A stretch of DNA of 64,000 nt, from NCBI GenBank assembly GCA_965237675.1, contig OZ250150.1, forward strand, positions 3,744,001-3,808,000. Direction: 5' to 3'. Below, piece by piece: positions 48,595-61,300 of the stretch. Numbering within the stretch: position 1 is the stretch's first letter; every line of letters starts with the position of its first letter. The stretch comes from Candidatus Latescibacterota bacterium (GTDB lineage: Bacteria; Latescibacterota; UBA2968; GCA-2709665). A program made the position numbers and the translations under genes. Below the pieces are notes generated by a model. The model was not told the DNA's origin and did not search any database. It worked only from the letters and a program-made list of their open reading frames with translations.

Positions 48595-49563
48595 TCAGGC
48601 TTGCGGGCTATCCTGGACGGACTCGTCGTGGCAGACGACGGCGTTGCGGGCATGTTCAATGTCCGGAGCATCCTTCTGCCTTTTGTAGTAGGTGTGAACT
48701 GCATATATCTTGTTGACGTCCCTACAGGTCCAGACGCGGGCTTCCATATTCAGGCGCGGTCTCACATTCCAGAATGGTAACGGCATCAACAACCCTCGCC
48801 AGCGGCTTTTGGGTTTTCCGATGACGGCGAGACCCCGATGGTCTCCGAGGCTTGTTTCCTGGGAGTCCAAATAGACATGCCGCAGGTTCTTTCGGAAGAA
48901 TTCCTGGTACCAGTCCAGAAGGGTGCGCTTTTTGAGGAGCACTTCAGCAAGGCTCAGCCGGTCTACCTGAAGGATACTCTGGCCACTCTGAAAACTTAGC
49001 CGAAGGTGTCCGGATTTGAGGTCGTAGGATTCCAAAGAGAAACGGGGAGGCGATGAACACACGAGATCGTAGAGCGCCCACGTCCGGTGACCGTCCGGTG
49101 CTGTATCCCGTATTGAGTTGAGAATTCGCCTGATATTCTCCCCGGGGTCCTCGTTCCGTTCCGACCTGATTCTGACGAAAATAAGCCTGTCAGAGGACTT
49201 GCTGTAGAATGCCAGCGCGTGGATCCGGTATTCGGCTTGCCAAGCGAAAAAGACTGGCGAGCAGACATCGGGCAGTTCAAGCCAGCCGGCGTCGTGAGTG
49301 CGTTCGACGTGGATACTTTTCTTTTCCTTGCGGGCGCTTTGGGTGAGCCCATCGACATATCGGTCCACAATCGGTGCGACCCGCTTGTCGCCGCGGGCAT
49401 CTTTCCACTCGATCTCCAGCCTGGCGAGTGTGGAATCGTCCAGACGGACGCTGCCGGCTTTGGAATCGCCGGTTATCTTGCCAGGATTCCATTCTAAGGG
49501 CACTTCGAGGGTCAGCCCGTGCCATCCAAAAAGAGTCCAGTCCGAATAACGCAACGATTTCAC
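48595..49563 (-). CDS. Hypothetical protein upstream of the PqqD-like gene (possibly two PsbP/DcrB-like domains)
   Basis: Long ORF with two segments starting FGWHGLTLEVPLEW and WALYDLVCSSPPRF. The GTG start is inferred. Confidence 0.6.
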   Translation of the reverse strand: MKSLRYSDWTLFGWHGLTLEVPLEWNPGKITGDSKAGSVRLDDSTLARLEIEWKDARGDKRVAPIVDRYVDGLTQSARKEKKSIHVERTHDAGWLELPDVCSPVFFAWQAEYRIHALAFYSKSSDRLIFVRIRSERNEDPGENIRRILNSIRDTAPDGHRTWALYDLVCSSPPRFSLESYDLKSGHLRLSFQSGQSILQVDRLSLAEVLLKKRTLLDWYQEFFRKNLRHVYLDSQETSLGDHRGLAVIGKPKSRWRGLLMPLPFWNVRPRLNMEARVWTCRDVNKIYAVHTYYKRQKDAPDIEHARNAVVCHDESVQDSPQA

Positions 49564-49791
49564 GCGACGCCACCCTCTACCGAAGAGTACGATACTCCGA
49601 ATGGCTAAATATACGGAACCCGGCGCACCTGTCAAGCACTTTGTGTTTCAACTAAGTGTAGGTTTTGCAGTGAGTTGTAATAGGTCTTCGCGGACAGACG
49701 GCCAGCGTATCCATTCTGGCGGAGTTTTGCATCGAATGGCGTGCCGGACTCCGTTCCGGTGCGCCATTTTTCTCATCCTTCAAAACAGGTG

Positions 49792-49820
49792 TTGACGAAT
49801 GAACTAATGTTCACTATATT
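49792..49820 (+). promoter_or_regulatory. lexA promoter with an SOS box (TGAAC-N4-GTTCA) between -35 and -10
   Basis: TTGACG(49792)-N17-TATATT(49815); palindrome TGAACtaatGTTCA at 49800-49813. Confidence 0.75.
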
Positions 49821-49918
49821 CAAATGAGCACGTGCTGACGTTCGTGGCCAGTATCCCATCGAGCGGGGCTGGTTCGTTTGAGTACTTCGGAAGACATCGG
49901 TTATCGAGGAGTGGCGCG

Positions 49919-50548
49919 ATGCGTCAGAAACTAACGGACAGACAGAGAGACATTTACGAATTTATCGCCCGGACGATCCGAGATGGGGGCGCTCCTCCAA
50001 CAATTCGGGAGACGATGGAGGCCTTTAATATCGCATCCACCAACGGAGTGCGGACCACCCTGGCCGCCCTTGAGAAAAAGGGTTATATCCGGCGACGTCC
50101 CATGGTGTCCCGAGGTATCGAACTTACGGACTACGTGGAACGCGATCTGCCCGGAGTATCCGAGTCGCGAGAGGTGCCGGTTATCGGACGTGTGGCTGCC
50201 GGGGAGCCCATCCTGGCGACTGAGAATGTCGAGAGTACCGTGGCTGTGGATCGTTCCTTTTTGCCGTCGGAGGACGTTTTTATTCTCCGGGTAAAGGGTG
50301 AGAGCATGCGCGATGCCGGCATTCTCGACGGAGATTATGTTATGGCGCGGCAGCAGGAAACGGCGAGTCCGGGCGAAATTGTGGTGGCGGTGATCGGGGA
50401 GGAGGCGACCGTGAAGCGATATTTTCCGGAGGCGGGTCGGGTAAGGCTCACACCAGAGAATGAAGCGTTTGAGACCATCGTGGTGCATCCGGACCGGGAC
50501 GAGTTTCGCATCGCAGGCAAAATTGTGGGATTGATGCGTCGATTCTGA
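49919..50548 (+). CDS. lexA: SOS repressor LexA
   Basis: LTDRQRDIYEFI, PPTIRE, LEKKGYIRR; cleavage site GRVAAGEP; catalytic GESM and ATVKR. Confidence 0.96.
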   Translation: MRQKLTDRQRDIYEFIARTIRDGGAPPTIRETMEAFNIASTNGVRTTLAALEKKGYIRRRPMVSRGIELTDYVERDLPGVSESREVPVIGRVAAGEPILATENVESTVAVDRSFLPSEDVFILRVKGESMRDAGILDGDYVMARQQETASPGEIVVAVIGEEATVKRYFPEAGRVRLTPENEAFETIVVHPDRDEFRIAGKIVGLMRRF

Positions 50549-50573
50549 GAATTGCTCAAGGGTCAATCGATTC

Positions 50574-50601
50574 CGCCCTCGTTGGATTTCGAGGGCGTTT
50601 T
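50574..50601 (+). terminator. Rho-independent terminator after lexA
   Basis: CGCCCTCG-N8-CGAGGGCG-TTTT. Confidence 0.65.
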
Positions 50602-50725
50602 CTGTTGCAGTACGGTCAATCCACGGTGCCGGAGGAAATCCTCCCCGGATGCCTCCGTTTCTTCACTGGGACATATTCGACGAAGACAACCACGAATTAT
50701 CGTGTATGGTTTTCGGTGTTTTGTC

Positions 50726-51847
50726 TTAAACGGCAGGGGCCAGTTTCCGAATAAAGCGTTTGCCGGGTAGCTGTTCCGCATAGCCGGCCAGTTCCAGACA
50801 AAGCAGCACTGAAAGCGCGTTGGCGGCAGGCATATCGGTACGGTCGGCAATGGTATCGATGTGGGCCGGCACGTCCGCCGAGAGACACTCAAAGATTTGA
50901 CGTTCCGATTTCGAGAGTTCTGAGGGCTCCGGCGCCGGGTGCTGGCGGGTATGTGGTGCCCGCAGTTGTGTCAAGTGTGGACGAAGTTCATCCAGAATGT
51001 CCTCGACGGATTGTACCAGCACGGCGCCCTGCCGGATCAGTTGGTTTGTGCCTCTGCTTCGGCCCGAATGGACCGGGCCGGGAACGGCGAATACTTCCCG
51101 GTTCTGTTCCAGGGCCAGCCGAGCCGTAATCAACGCCCCGCTGCGGTCTCCGGCTTCGATAACCACCACGCCCAGGCTGAGTCCGCTGATGATTCTGTTG
51201 CGGCGGGGAAAATTGTGTGCTTCTGCGGATGCGCCCATCGGAAATTCGGACAGGGTGGCGCCAGCCTCGCTGATGGTGTGGAAAAGGTCTCGGTTTTGAG
51301 GAGGATACGGCCTGTCCAACCCGCTACCGAGGACGGCAACGGTATATCCTCGTTCGGCCAGAGCTCCCCGGTGGGCGTGGGTATCGATTCCGGTGGCCAT
51401 GCCACTGACCACGGTGATGCCCCTCCGAACCAATTCTCCCGACAGCTGGTAGGCGATTTTTCGACCGTACGAAGTGAAGGTTCGGGAGCCGACTATTGCA
51501 ACGGCGGGATGTGCACACGCCGCGATGTCACCGCGTACATACAGAATGGGCGGTGGGTCATAGGTCTGTCTCAGATATCCCGGATAATCGGGGCTCTTCA
51601 GACTCAGCAAGTGAACGCCTGCGTCCTGTGCGCGTCGCAGTTGTTCCTCTGCCCAGGCCGGGTCGCTTGTCTTTTGGATGGCGCGTGCAATTTCAGGTCC
51701 GATGCCTGGCACGGCGCACAGATGGGCGCGGGGCGCCCCCAAGACAGATCCCGGACTGTGGAAATGACGTATGAGTGCGCCAAACGCAACCGGTCCCAGA
51801 CCGGAGACCGAATGAAGTGTCAACCAGTCGAGCATATCGTTGGCCAT
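50726..51847 (-). CDS. dprA: DNA-processing protein DprA
   Basis: VAIVGSR, VVSGMATGIDTHAH, FPRRNRIISGLS, VVIEAGDRSGALITA, REVFAVPG, C-terminal winged helix. Confidence 0.96.
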   Translation of the reverse strand: MANDMLDWLTLHSVSGLGPVAFGALIRHFHSPGSVLGAPRAHLCAVPGIGPEIARAIQKTSDPAWAEEQLRRAQDAGVHLLSLKSPDYPGYLRQTYDPPPILYVRGDIAACAHPAVAIVGSRTFTSYGRKIAYQLSGELVRRGITVVSGMATGIDTHAHRGALAERGYTVAVLGSGLDRPYPPQNRDLFHTISEAGATLSEFPMGASAEAHNFPRRNRIISGLSLGVVVIEAGDRSGALITARLALEQNREVFAVPGPVHSGRSRGTNQLIRQGAVLVQSVEDILDELRPHLTQLRAPHTRQHPAPEPSELSKSERQIFECLSADVPAHIDTIADRTDMPAANALSVLLCLELAGYAEQLPGKRFIRKLAPAV

Positions 51848-52091
51848 CGAAGAAAAAAACGGATGTGGTTCACCCGTATGTACCCACGTTGTGTGTGATG
51901 TAGCTCAGGTTTGGCTATCAGGTATGCAAAAAAAGTACCAGCGAAGAAAGCCAGCTATTGCAGGGCGGAAGACCCGGGCGGGATGAAAGAGGCTTTCAAG
52001 AGTCGTAGCGGGAATGAAAGGAAGATGCAGGAACAACCGGTGAATGGATACGGTTTTGCGGATTGCTATGTTCTCCGTTCGCATCCGTATT

Positions 52092-53183
<1,092 letters not shown>

Positions 53184-53439
53184 CTAAGTAGGCGTGAGCC
53201 CTCCGGATCGCCCGTTGCCGTGCGTTGTTGGCCTGTCGGTTTCCGGGTTTCGGATTGCTGATGGTATCTCGCATCGGAAGGGTTCGTTCAATTGGAATAC
53301 GACGATTTGCGCTTTCAATCGGATCTCGCGCTGGTTTGTGGATAAACGAAACGACTTCAGCCTGTGGACAAACGGTCTCTTCCAGGTTGAGCAGGGCTAC
53401 GAAGTCGCCGGTCACGATTCCGTTTGTTGAATGGAGCTG

Positions 53440-53916
53440 TCACGAGAACTTCGCCTTCAGTCGATTTGCAACGGCAGGCGGCACAAAAGCCGTCACATCG
53501 CCGCCAAAACGGGCGATTTCTCTAACAAGGGTAGAATTGAGATACGCATAGTCCAGACTGGGCATCAGAAAGAGAACCTCCAATTGGGGTTCCATTTGCC
53601 GGTTGACAACCGCCATCGAGATTTCCAACTCATATTCGGTGGTGGTACGTAGACTGCGTACAACGGTGAAGACGCCGCTTTTCCTGACAAAGTCGACGAG
53701 CAACCCGCTGTACTGTTTGACTTCCACATTCGGGCAGTGAGATGAGACTTCCTGAATCATCTGGACGCGTTCTTCGGGTGAAAACACCGGATGTTTCTCG
53801 GGATTCAGACCTACGGCGACGATTAGCCGGCTGCAGATGTTGGCCGCTCGTTCGATCAAGTCCAGATGACCGTATGTCACCGGGTCGAAGGTGCCCGGAT
53901 AAATCGCCGCGGTCAT
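53440..53916 (-). CDS. coaD: Phosphopantetheine adenylyltransferase
   Basis: AIYPGTFDPVTYGHLDLIER (HxGH-type motif TYGH), FSPEERVQM, STLVREIARFGGDV. Confidence 0.9.
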   Translation of the reverse strand: MTAAIYPGTFDPVTYGHLDLIERAANICSRLIVAVGLNPEKHPVFSPEERVQMIQEVSSHCPNVEVKQYSGLLVDFVRKSGVFTVVRSLRTTTEYELEISMAVVNRQMEPQLEVLFLMPSLDYAYLNSTLVREIARFGGDVTAFVPPAVANRLKAKFS

Positions 53917-54869
53917 ATTTGCTCCTTTGCGAGTTCCCTAAAGGCCAACCCACTTGCAATGCTGAACGTGGACTGGCTTCCCAGGAAACGCCGCTGTGAA
54001 TCCGGGAGGGTCTGTGTCGCGCAGTTCGAGAAGGGGTCCAGGGTTTCGAGTTGCGGCCCATTGGGAATCACAAGACGCTGGGCAACGGTCGCTATCCGGT
54101 GATCCTCGCCACAAATCAGAACCCGATGAAAGTCCGGTTTACTTGGGTTGGTGCGGCGGGATCCATGGAGCCAGCGACGAATTGTGGCGTCGGTTCGTTC
54201 CGCGTTCGAGTATTGATGCGGGCGATCCACCGGCAATCCGGAAACAACAATCGGGATCTCAAGGCTGGCGGCCTCGGCGGAAATCAGGATGTCGGACTCC
54301 ACAGCAACAAAATAGAGCCAGGGATGCCCAACCATGACGGCCGCAACCCGGGATCCAGCTCCGTTTTTCGCCAACAGACAGGCGTAATACAGGCCCAAGG
54401 GCTCGGCTTCCAGCCGGTACCCTCTCACGCCAAGTGGCGGAAATAAATCAGAACAGAATTCGAAAATTTCCTTGCGAATGGCGACCCAGAATGCTGTTCG
54501 CCCGGCAGCAAAGTAATCGACGATGTACCGTTCGCTGGGGTCCACCAGAGTCTGCGCTGCCTCCCAGGTCATGTGTTCCTTCCGGTCTTCGGTCGAAGCC
54601 AGTTCCAGCGGAGCTTTCTGTAGGTGGAAGAAACCACCTCCCAGAGACAGGACGATGGCGCCCGGTTCGCCGTGGATCTGCGCGAATGCCTGCTTGAGGC
54701 CCTCCGATAGGCATCGCCTGACCGGCAGTGGAACTGGCCACCTGGGAAGCATGGGCGAGGTCAGGCGGGTCTCGAAGAGGGCACACAGGCGGTATCCAGC
54801 CGAAGTCCGTTCCAGGCAGGCCAACCGGAGCACATCTCTGGCGATATGAATACCGGTTGCCCTGTTCAT
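53913..54869 (-). CDS. PilM-like (actin-fold) hypothetical protein
   Basis: TGIHI N-terminal strand, HMTWEAAQTL...YIVDY, VLICGE, LDPFSN, C-terminal FSIASGLAFR resembling PilM (xAVAxGLALR). Confidence 0.55.
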   Translation of the reverse strand: MNRATGIHIARDVLRLACLERTSAGYRLCALFETRLTSPMLPRWPVPLPVRRCLSEGLKQAFAQIHGEPGAIVLSLGGGFFHLQKAPLELASTEDRKEHMTWEAAQTLVDPSERYIVDYFAAGRTAFWVAIRKEIFEFCSDLFPPLGVRGYRLEAEPLGLYYACLLAKNGAGSRVAAVMVGHPWLYFVAVESDILISAEAASLEIPIVVSGLPVDRPHQYSNAERTDATIRRWLHGSRRTNPSKPDFHRVLICGEDHRIATVAQRLVIPNGPQLETLDPFSNCATQTLPDSQRRFLGSQSTFSIASGLAFRELAKEQI

Positions 54870-55273
54870 GGGGCGCTCACCGTAATCTTCGAACCCAGTC
54901 TTTCCAGTGTCTTTTTTCCAATTCCCTTTATCCGGGTCAATTCATCCACGGACTTAAAAGGGCCCCGGCTATTGCGGTCGTCCACAATTCGCCGGGCAAT
55001 TTTGGGCCCAATGCCTGGCAGGCGCATCAGTTGTCTGGCCGAGGCCCGGTTCAGATCGATGGGTCCCTTATCTTTCTCCACAATCTCGGATTTCCCCGGA
55101 CCGTCGGGTACCGGTACCGCGCCTTTTTGAACGTGAAAGTCCGGGAGGTCGCGGTCGCCGTACCTCTCAATCAGATTTACTGCCCCACCGACCAGCAAAG
55201 CAGCAGCCAGACCCAGCAACACAAACCGTTCTTTGGGATTGAAGGAAAACATACGAACCCCGATTTTCGTCAC
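54866..55273 (-). CDS. comEA: ComEA family helix-hairpin-helix DNA-binding protein
   Basis: N-terminal TM helix; IDLNRASARQLMRLPGIGPKIARRIV...GPFKSVDELTRIKGIGKKT. The start is 55273 or 55252. Confidence 0.9.
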   Translation of the reverse strand: MTKIGVRMFSFNPKERFVLLGLAAALLVGGAVNLIERYGDRDLPDFHVQKGAVPVPDGPGKSEIVEKDKGPIDLNRASARQLMRLPGIGPKIARRIVDDRNSRGPFKSVDELTRIKGIGKKTLERLGSKITVSAP

Positions 55274-55309
55274 AGAAAATGGTCGAGAACGAACGCCGGA
55301 TGGATGATT

Positions 55310-58300
55310 TCAGTTAAAGCGAATTTCTCCCCACACCTTGAATTCCCAGATTCTATTATTCAGGTCACGGAGTTTGTCCTTGCGACTCTCGTGCCGGAAT
55401 CGGGTACCCCCCGTGAATTTGCTGCTGAACTGATATTGACCCGCCAGGCTGGCGTTCCAGCGGTCATCGCTTTGGCGAACGACGGCCTGGATGGTGTCGG
55501 TGGCTTCCGCGCCCCGGGGAATTTCTTTTTTCAGGCTTGCGCTGGTGCCGTACTCAAGGGTGAGATCCAGGTTGCTTTGCATTCTATTGAAGAATTTCGA
55601 ACTTAGCGAATATCTGAGGGATGCGGTGAACTGAGACGTTTCGGTTATGGTCGTTCCAATCAGGCGCTCCTCCAGCGTCGGCTGTGTGACAGTGCTGTCG
55701 GTGGCCACGTTGCGCTGGTACCGAAGGTCGTTCTGTCTGCTGCGGTTCGTACGGAAATTCGTGTTCATTTTGTTCTTCCATCGGGCCTGCCATGCGATCA
55801 GGGGCCTGAGTTCCGTTCTCCGTATATCGCTGGTCAGAACGTTGTCATCCAGGCCGCCGTCGCCTCGGAAGATACGGTTTGACTTGTAATTAAAGCTTAG
55901 ATTCGAACTGGTGAACAGCCACCTCAAGACAGGAAGTTGCCCAAGACCCCGCCACTGGGCGGACAGATTGGGAAACTCGAGCTTCTGTTCTTCCGTATTG
56001 GCGTTGCCAAAACTTCTGGTATGGTTAAAGGTCAATCCGGTAGAGCCTTGAAAGCCGGCTGGCAGGCGCACACCGCTTTTGAGAGTGGCATTGTCCGTTA
56101 TATTTCTGGTGTTAACGCGTGTGACGCCGCCCGATCCGTAGCGCGGCGACATTGTGGTGTCGGTGAGGCCGAGTTGAAATTTAAACGCAGGGCGGCGTCT
56201 CAGACCAAAAAGATTGAACGCGCGATTGCGAAAGACGTTGGCCTGAACGGCGTCCAGTGCGCCGCCCAGTCTGCCGATCAGCCGGACGATCGAGAATCCG
56301 GTCTGACCTTGCTTTGGCCGCGCAAGCGGACGGAAAAGACCCGGCAGGTTCAGGCTGAATCGGGCGGCGACGCGGCTTTTGTTGCCCACGGTGAGACCCC
56401 TGCGTTCGTTCCCGATGGAAGTGCGCTTCCCCCCCGTTTCAAGCCGTTCACGATAGTGAGAGGAGTAGTCGGTGTTGATGTTGAGCAATTTGGAAACGCG
56501 TGGCGTGAAGTTGAAGCCTATTTCCTGATTTCGCGTGGTTTCGCGGCCGAACTGTAGCCTGGAGAAATCAAACGAGTTCCGGAGATCACGGTTCGCCGCC
56601 AGGGAATAGTTGGCGTTCAGGCTTCGAAACGGAGTCAGCTTTATAACGAAACTCTCGTTGACGTTGAAGGTTTCATTCAGTGCAGCGATGACGTCCGATG
56701 TGTCGCCTTCAACGGCGGAGAAGGAGCGTCTGTTAATGTGCTTCCGATCAAAACGCAGGTTGTAGCGAAGGGTTGACGGAAGGTAGAAGAAGCTGACGTC
56801 CTGAAAATAGGTACCCAGCCGCGGAACCCAATTCAGGATTTTCACTCCCTTCTGTTGCGGCCAGCTGACGTCATAGCTGAAGCTACCGTTGAAATTCTGA
56901 TCGTTGTTGGACCGGCGCCGTGTGATGGCACCGCTAACGGCATTGTTGGTCAGGAAGTTCAGAGACGCATTGATCCGGTCGAAAAAGAGCCGGGCGATCC
57001 AGCGCGGGTTCTGTGTCGCCCGACGCTTGCGAAGCGAGACATTGAACCTGGACGAAGCACGGACAGCGCTCTCCTTCGACTTTTGCTGATCGGTCAAGAC
57101 GATGTCAGAACCCTGTCGAATTCGAGGCACAGACCCGTTGCGGAGGTAGTTGAATCGCACCGGTATGACCGTGTTCCACTTGTCGGGCAGGAATTTATTC
57201 AGATTGAGCGAACTATTCAGGCTGATTTGTGTCGTCGAATTGCCCGTAGAGCGTCCCTGAAGATCCTGGAAGTCGCCGCTCCGGCGTTCCAGATTTAGGC
57301 TTGCGATGCCCAGGTCGGCCAACGTGGTCTGTACGTTCAGTAACATGGATACGGCATTTTTCTTTCGGATTCGATCGACTCGAAGTTCATCCAGCCAGAT
57401 CTCGTTTTCTCCCTCCAGGGGAAATTCCCCCCTGTTGCTGACGCCGATCACGAACGACTTGATTTTTGAAAGCGCTGGGTTGCCCCGCACGGTATATGTA
57501 GCGCCATCCAGGTCTGCGTGGATCTGATTGGATTCAATGTCAAAATCGGCTATAATTTCGCCTGCCGGCAGGGAAAGACGCAGTGTGTCGGACGCCTGGC
57601 CGGTAGCCTTCAGGTCCGTGAGTTTTCCTTTGATCTGCGACAGCACATCCAGTTCGATTTTCAATGTGTTGTTCTCTGGAGACCAGCCCCTGTAGATAGG
57701 TTTCCGGTACTCGTAAAAGTTGAGCGTATCTTCACCGATGGGCGAAAATCTCACGAAGAGTTCAATTGGACTGAAGCGTCCGGCCAAGGAATCGGGTTCA
57801 GCCGGAAAATTGTCCTCGTAAGTGGGTGAAGTGGGATTGCCACCGTGTACGAACATGGTCATCAGACCATATCGCGTATAGTTCTGCCCCTCCGTAAACG
57901 TCCGCGAAGCGGACAGGCTTTCGCCGGGAAAGAGGTCTTCGAACCGGAGAACCAGCGACCGTTCAAGGTGTTGCCTTCCGGTTTGGGGGTTGGTCTCCCG
58001 TTCAAGGCCCGGTGGAAGTTCATAAACCTGGTTGTCGGTACCTATGGTGGCCACCCTTAAGTCCCCCGATTGTTGTCCCTCAGGGGGTTTATCTTCGAGC
58101 CAGTCGCTTCCCACCGCGGCAATTGTGTAGATGTCGAGGGAGGTCGTATCGTCGTGTTCGATCCAGATTCGTGCAAAGTCAAACACACCTGCGAAGGTCG
58201 TGTCCGGATTGCCTTCGATGGTGCGTGGGGCATTGTTGCCACGTAATGGGATGCGTAACAGCCTCCACGGGCGGTCGGACGGATCCGACTGGCTGCCCAC

Positions 58301-61300
58301 CACGAGCACGGACGGTCCGTCGTACCCGCCGGTCATCCCATTCCAGCCCCGATCGGATGCCAGGTCGGCGCTATAGTGCAGGTAATGGTTCCGGGTGTCC
58401 AGGATGCCGTTCTGGTTCAGGTCTTCGGAATCCGGCCTCTGTTCCCGTTCGGGATTGTTATTCTGGGTGCCGTTTACACCCGACGGGTACCGGAAACGAA
58501 AGTTCTCCTGGTTGAGGTCCACGTCCTTGAAATTGTCATCAGACGGGTCGTCGGGGACGGTGACGCCGGGGAAGATAAGGCGGAAGACCGAATCTTCCTG
58601 AGCGTCGGTCAGACCGTCCAGGCCGATGTCTTCTTCCGGAATGGCCACGTCATCGCCCGTAGGAAAGCCGGGCAGTGGGCGGTCTTCCGTGCGAAACTGA
58701 CCGGTCGGCGGCGGATTCAACGTTGCGTCGTCAAGCAGCAGGTCGGTCTGTTCGGAAATTTCACCGAGGTCGATATGGAGCCGGCCTCTATTCCCCCTGA
58801 TCCACAGTTCGATAAACTTGGACCGTGAGAAGTCCATGCCGCGCAGGTAGCTCGTAACGCCCGCCCACGAGATCTCCGGGAGGCCACCGGCGGGGTTTCG
58901 TGAGGTTTCGGGAAAACCGTTGGACCGATGCGGTTCGAAACGGATACTGAGAACATCGTCGACGATGCTGCTTTCCACGGGAATATCGTCTCGCCCCGGC
59001 TGGATGTCGTAGATCGATATGCGGTCGCGATGCACCAGATTGTACCAAGTAAGGCGTCCCTTTGGCATCGAAAGCTGCAGGCCGTTCCGCATCGGGGAGC
59101 TGCCGGCGGACCAAGGGAATTTAAACGTAGAAAACGACTTCCTGCTTTCTGCGCCTTCGAAATCGTCAATGTACGCGACATTTTTCGTATTCGGGTTGGG
59201 CAGGCTCTGCGCGATTTCCATATCGACATTAAATGCCGAGGGCGCCTGGGTGGAGATAAACGGCAGCCTGTTGGCCAAGTCGGTTAGGGCCTGTGGCTTG
59301 AAACGGAACCTTCCATTCAGGTCCCAAATCAGGGTCCGGGCCGGCTCTTCGCCCACGCGAACCCGCTGATGACTGGCGCTCTCGCTTCCGTAAAGCAAGC
59401 TCATTCCCAGCATCGAAACGTTGTCCTTGAACGGATGTTCCGCGCGGATGCCAAGAAGGCTTTTTTGTCCGCCTCCAAAACCGAACTGGCTCTTGGATCC
59501 GTAGTTGATGACCAGGTTGGCGGAAGGGTCGGCCGCAAGGTCTGAAGCCTCACCGACCAACTCGATGGTGCCGAATTCATATTTGATGTTGTAGTCGCGC
59601 CCGCGAGTCAGCCGGCGGTTATTCAGCAGAACCTCCTCGCTGTTTTCAATCAGGCCAAAGCCCAGGTTGAATTTGGTGTCCCTGCTTTTCGATCGGATGC
59701 GCAGGTAATACTGTCCTTTCTGGGCACGTGTGGTGTTATTCGTGGTGTTGTAAATTTCTGGCACGCGGGCGTCGTCGGATAGCGCCTCCGCGCCGACACC
59801 GGGTTCACCAAAAGGCTCCAGATCGCGAAAAACCAGGTGGCCGGTGCGCAGATTGAGTCCGGGCAGGTTCGTGCCGCCGTCAATATCGATAAGGTTGTCG
59901 GGAGGTGAGGACTCCGAGGAGCCGTTGGTGTGTCTGTCCAGGTCGAAGATCTGGAGGTACGGCGTACCACGCTGGTTGTCCACCGCCTCCTGTCCGGAAA
60001 CATCTCTGAGGATCTCCAGTTCAAAGCCCTCCGGCTCGATGTCACGGCTTCCCATGTAGTACACATTGCGCCACGCGAGGTCCCACGATGGAAATTCCGG
60101 CCGTTGCTGACGGGCGTGAATGAGCTTTAGTCGAATCCTGGCATCCGGATTGGAGGGGTCCTGGATAAAATTCAGATCGCCGAAAACCCTACCGTCGGCC
60201 GTTCGGTAGGCGACTGCCAGGGTGTGACCTCGAGAGATTCGTCCCCTGGTCATAATCAGATATCCTCTGGCGTCGACCAGAAACTCGGAGCGGTCCAGTT
60301 CATGAAAGAATCCCTCTTCAATGCCCCCGTTCTGCACCCCCGTGACGCCGGCATCGGGTTCCGGTATAGGCCCGGCGGTCCAGAAGGCAAAGGCAACCCC
60401 TCGGCCGGCGCGTTGTTCGATGTCGTTGCGATCGTTGAAGTCGTTCAGGAAAACACGGACAGAGCTGATGTCCACGAGGTCGGCCCGGGTCGGTTCGTCC
60501 GGAAAGCTCTGGCGATACACACCGTCTAGAAAGAAGTAGAGATTCTCTTCGTAGGCATAGTCTCGAATTCTATTTGCGATTTCCTCTGCCTGCCCCTGGA
60601 ATGATTTCCGGTTGCTGGCGCCCTTATCGTGGCTGGTGACCACCGTCACGTCCAATCCGCCCAGGCGTCCGCGGCCTTTGATTCCGAACAGACCGCTCCG
60701 GTTGGATGAACTGAAGCCAACCAGACGCGTGCCAGGCAGGCTGAGGGAGGTTCTGCCCGCTTCAATCTCCTGAATGATGTCGTCTTCGTCTCCGTCGTAA
60801 CGAAATTGAAGCGACTCGCTGATATCGGTCTGACCGCGGCTGTTCTGTTGGAGGTTCAGCGTAATGCGGTCGCCGATGGAGCCCTGCACGTTTAATTGGG
60901 ATTGCTGTTCGAAATTGACGGTAAAACCCTCGGCTGTCCTTGCACGAACGGTCTGAGCCTGTCCGCCCACGGTGGTATTCACGCCGGACAGATCGATGCG
61001 CCGAGATCCGGTAATTTTAATATTCGTGTCGCCTTCGCCCGTGATAACACTGAGCGCTTTGGGCACGTTGACCGGTATCTTGATATCCAGCAGAGCGCTG
61101 CCCGCGCCCCGGCGAGGTCGTGCCGGCGGATTGAGTTTCTCTAAGGTCATGCGATAAAAATCGGCATCGAATTTGTACGCGGACAAGCGCTTTATCGTAA
61201 TGACGGCCGGTATGCCATGGACAACGTCGCCGATGGCTTGAAAAACCATCAGCGTGCCGGTATCGGTATCAAGAAGGCGGGTAACCGTCTGGGTGAACTG

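Noticed and set aside
25983-49563. A RiPP cluster made of the ATP-grasp, radical SAM and PqqD-like genes
   Set aside because: The PqqD-like gene is about 20 kb away across suf and nuo, the radical SAM has no SPASM domain, and no precursor peptide is evident.
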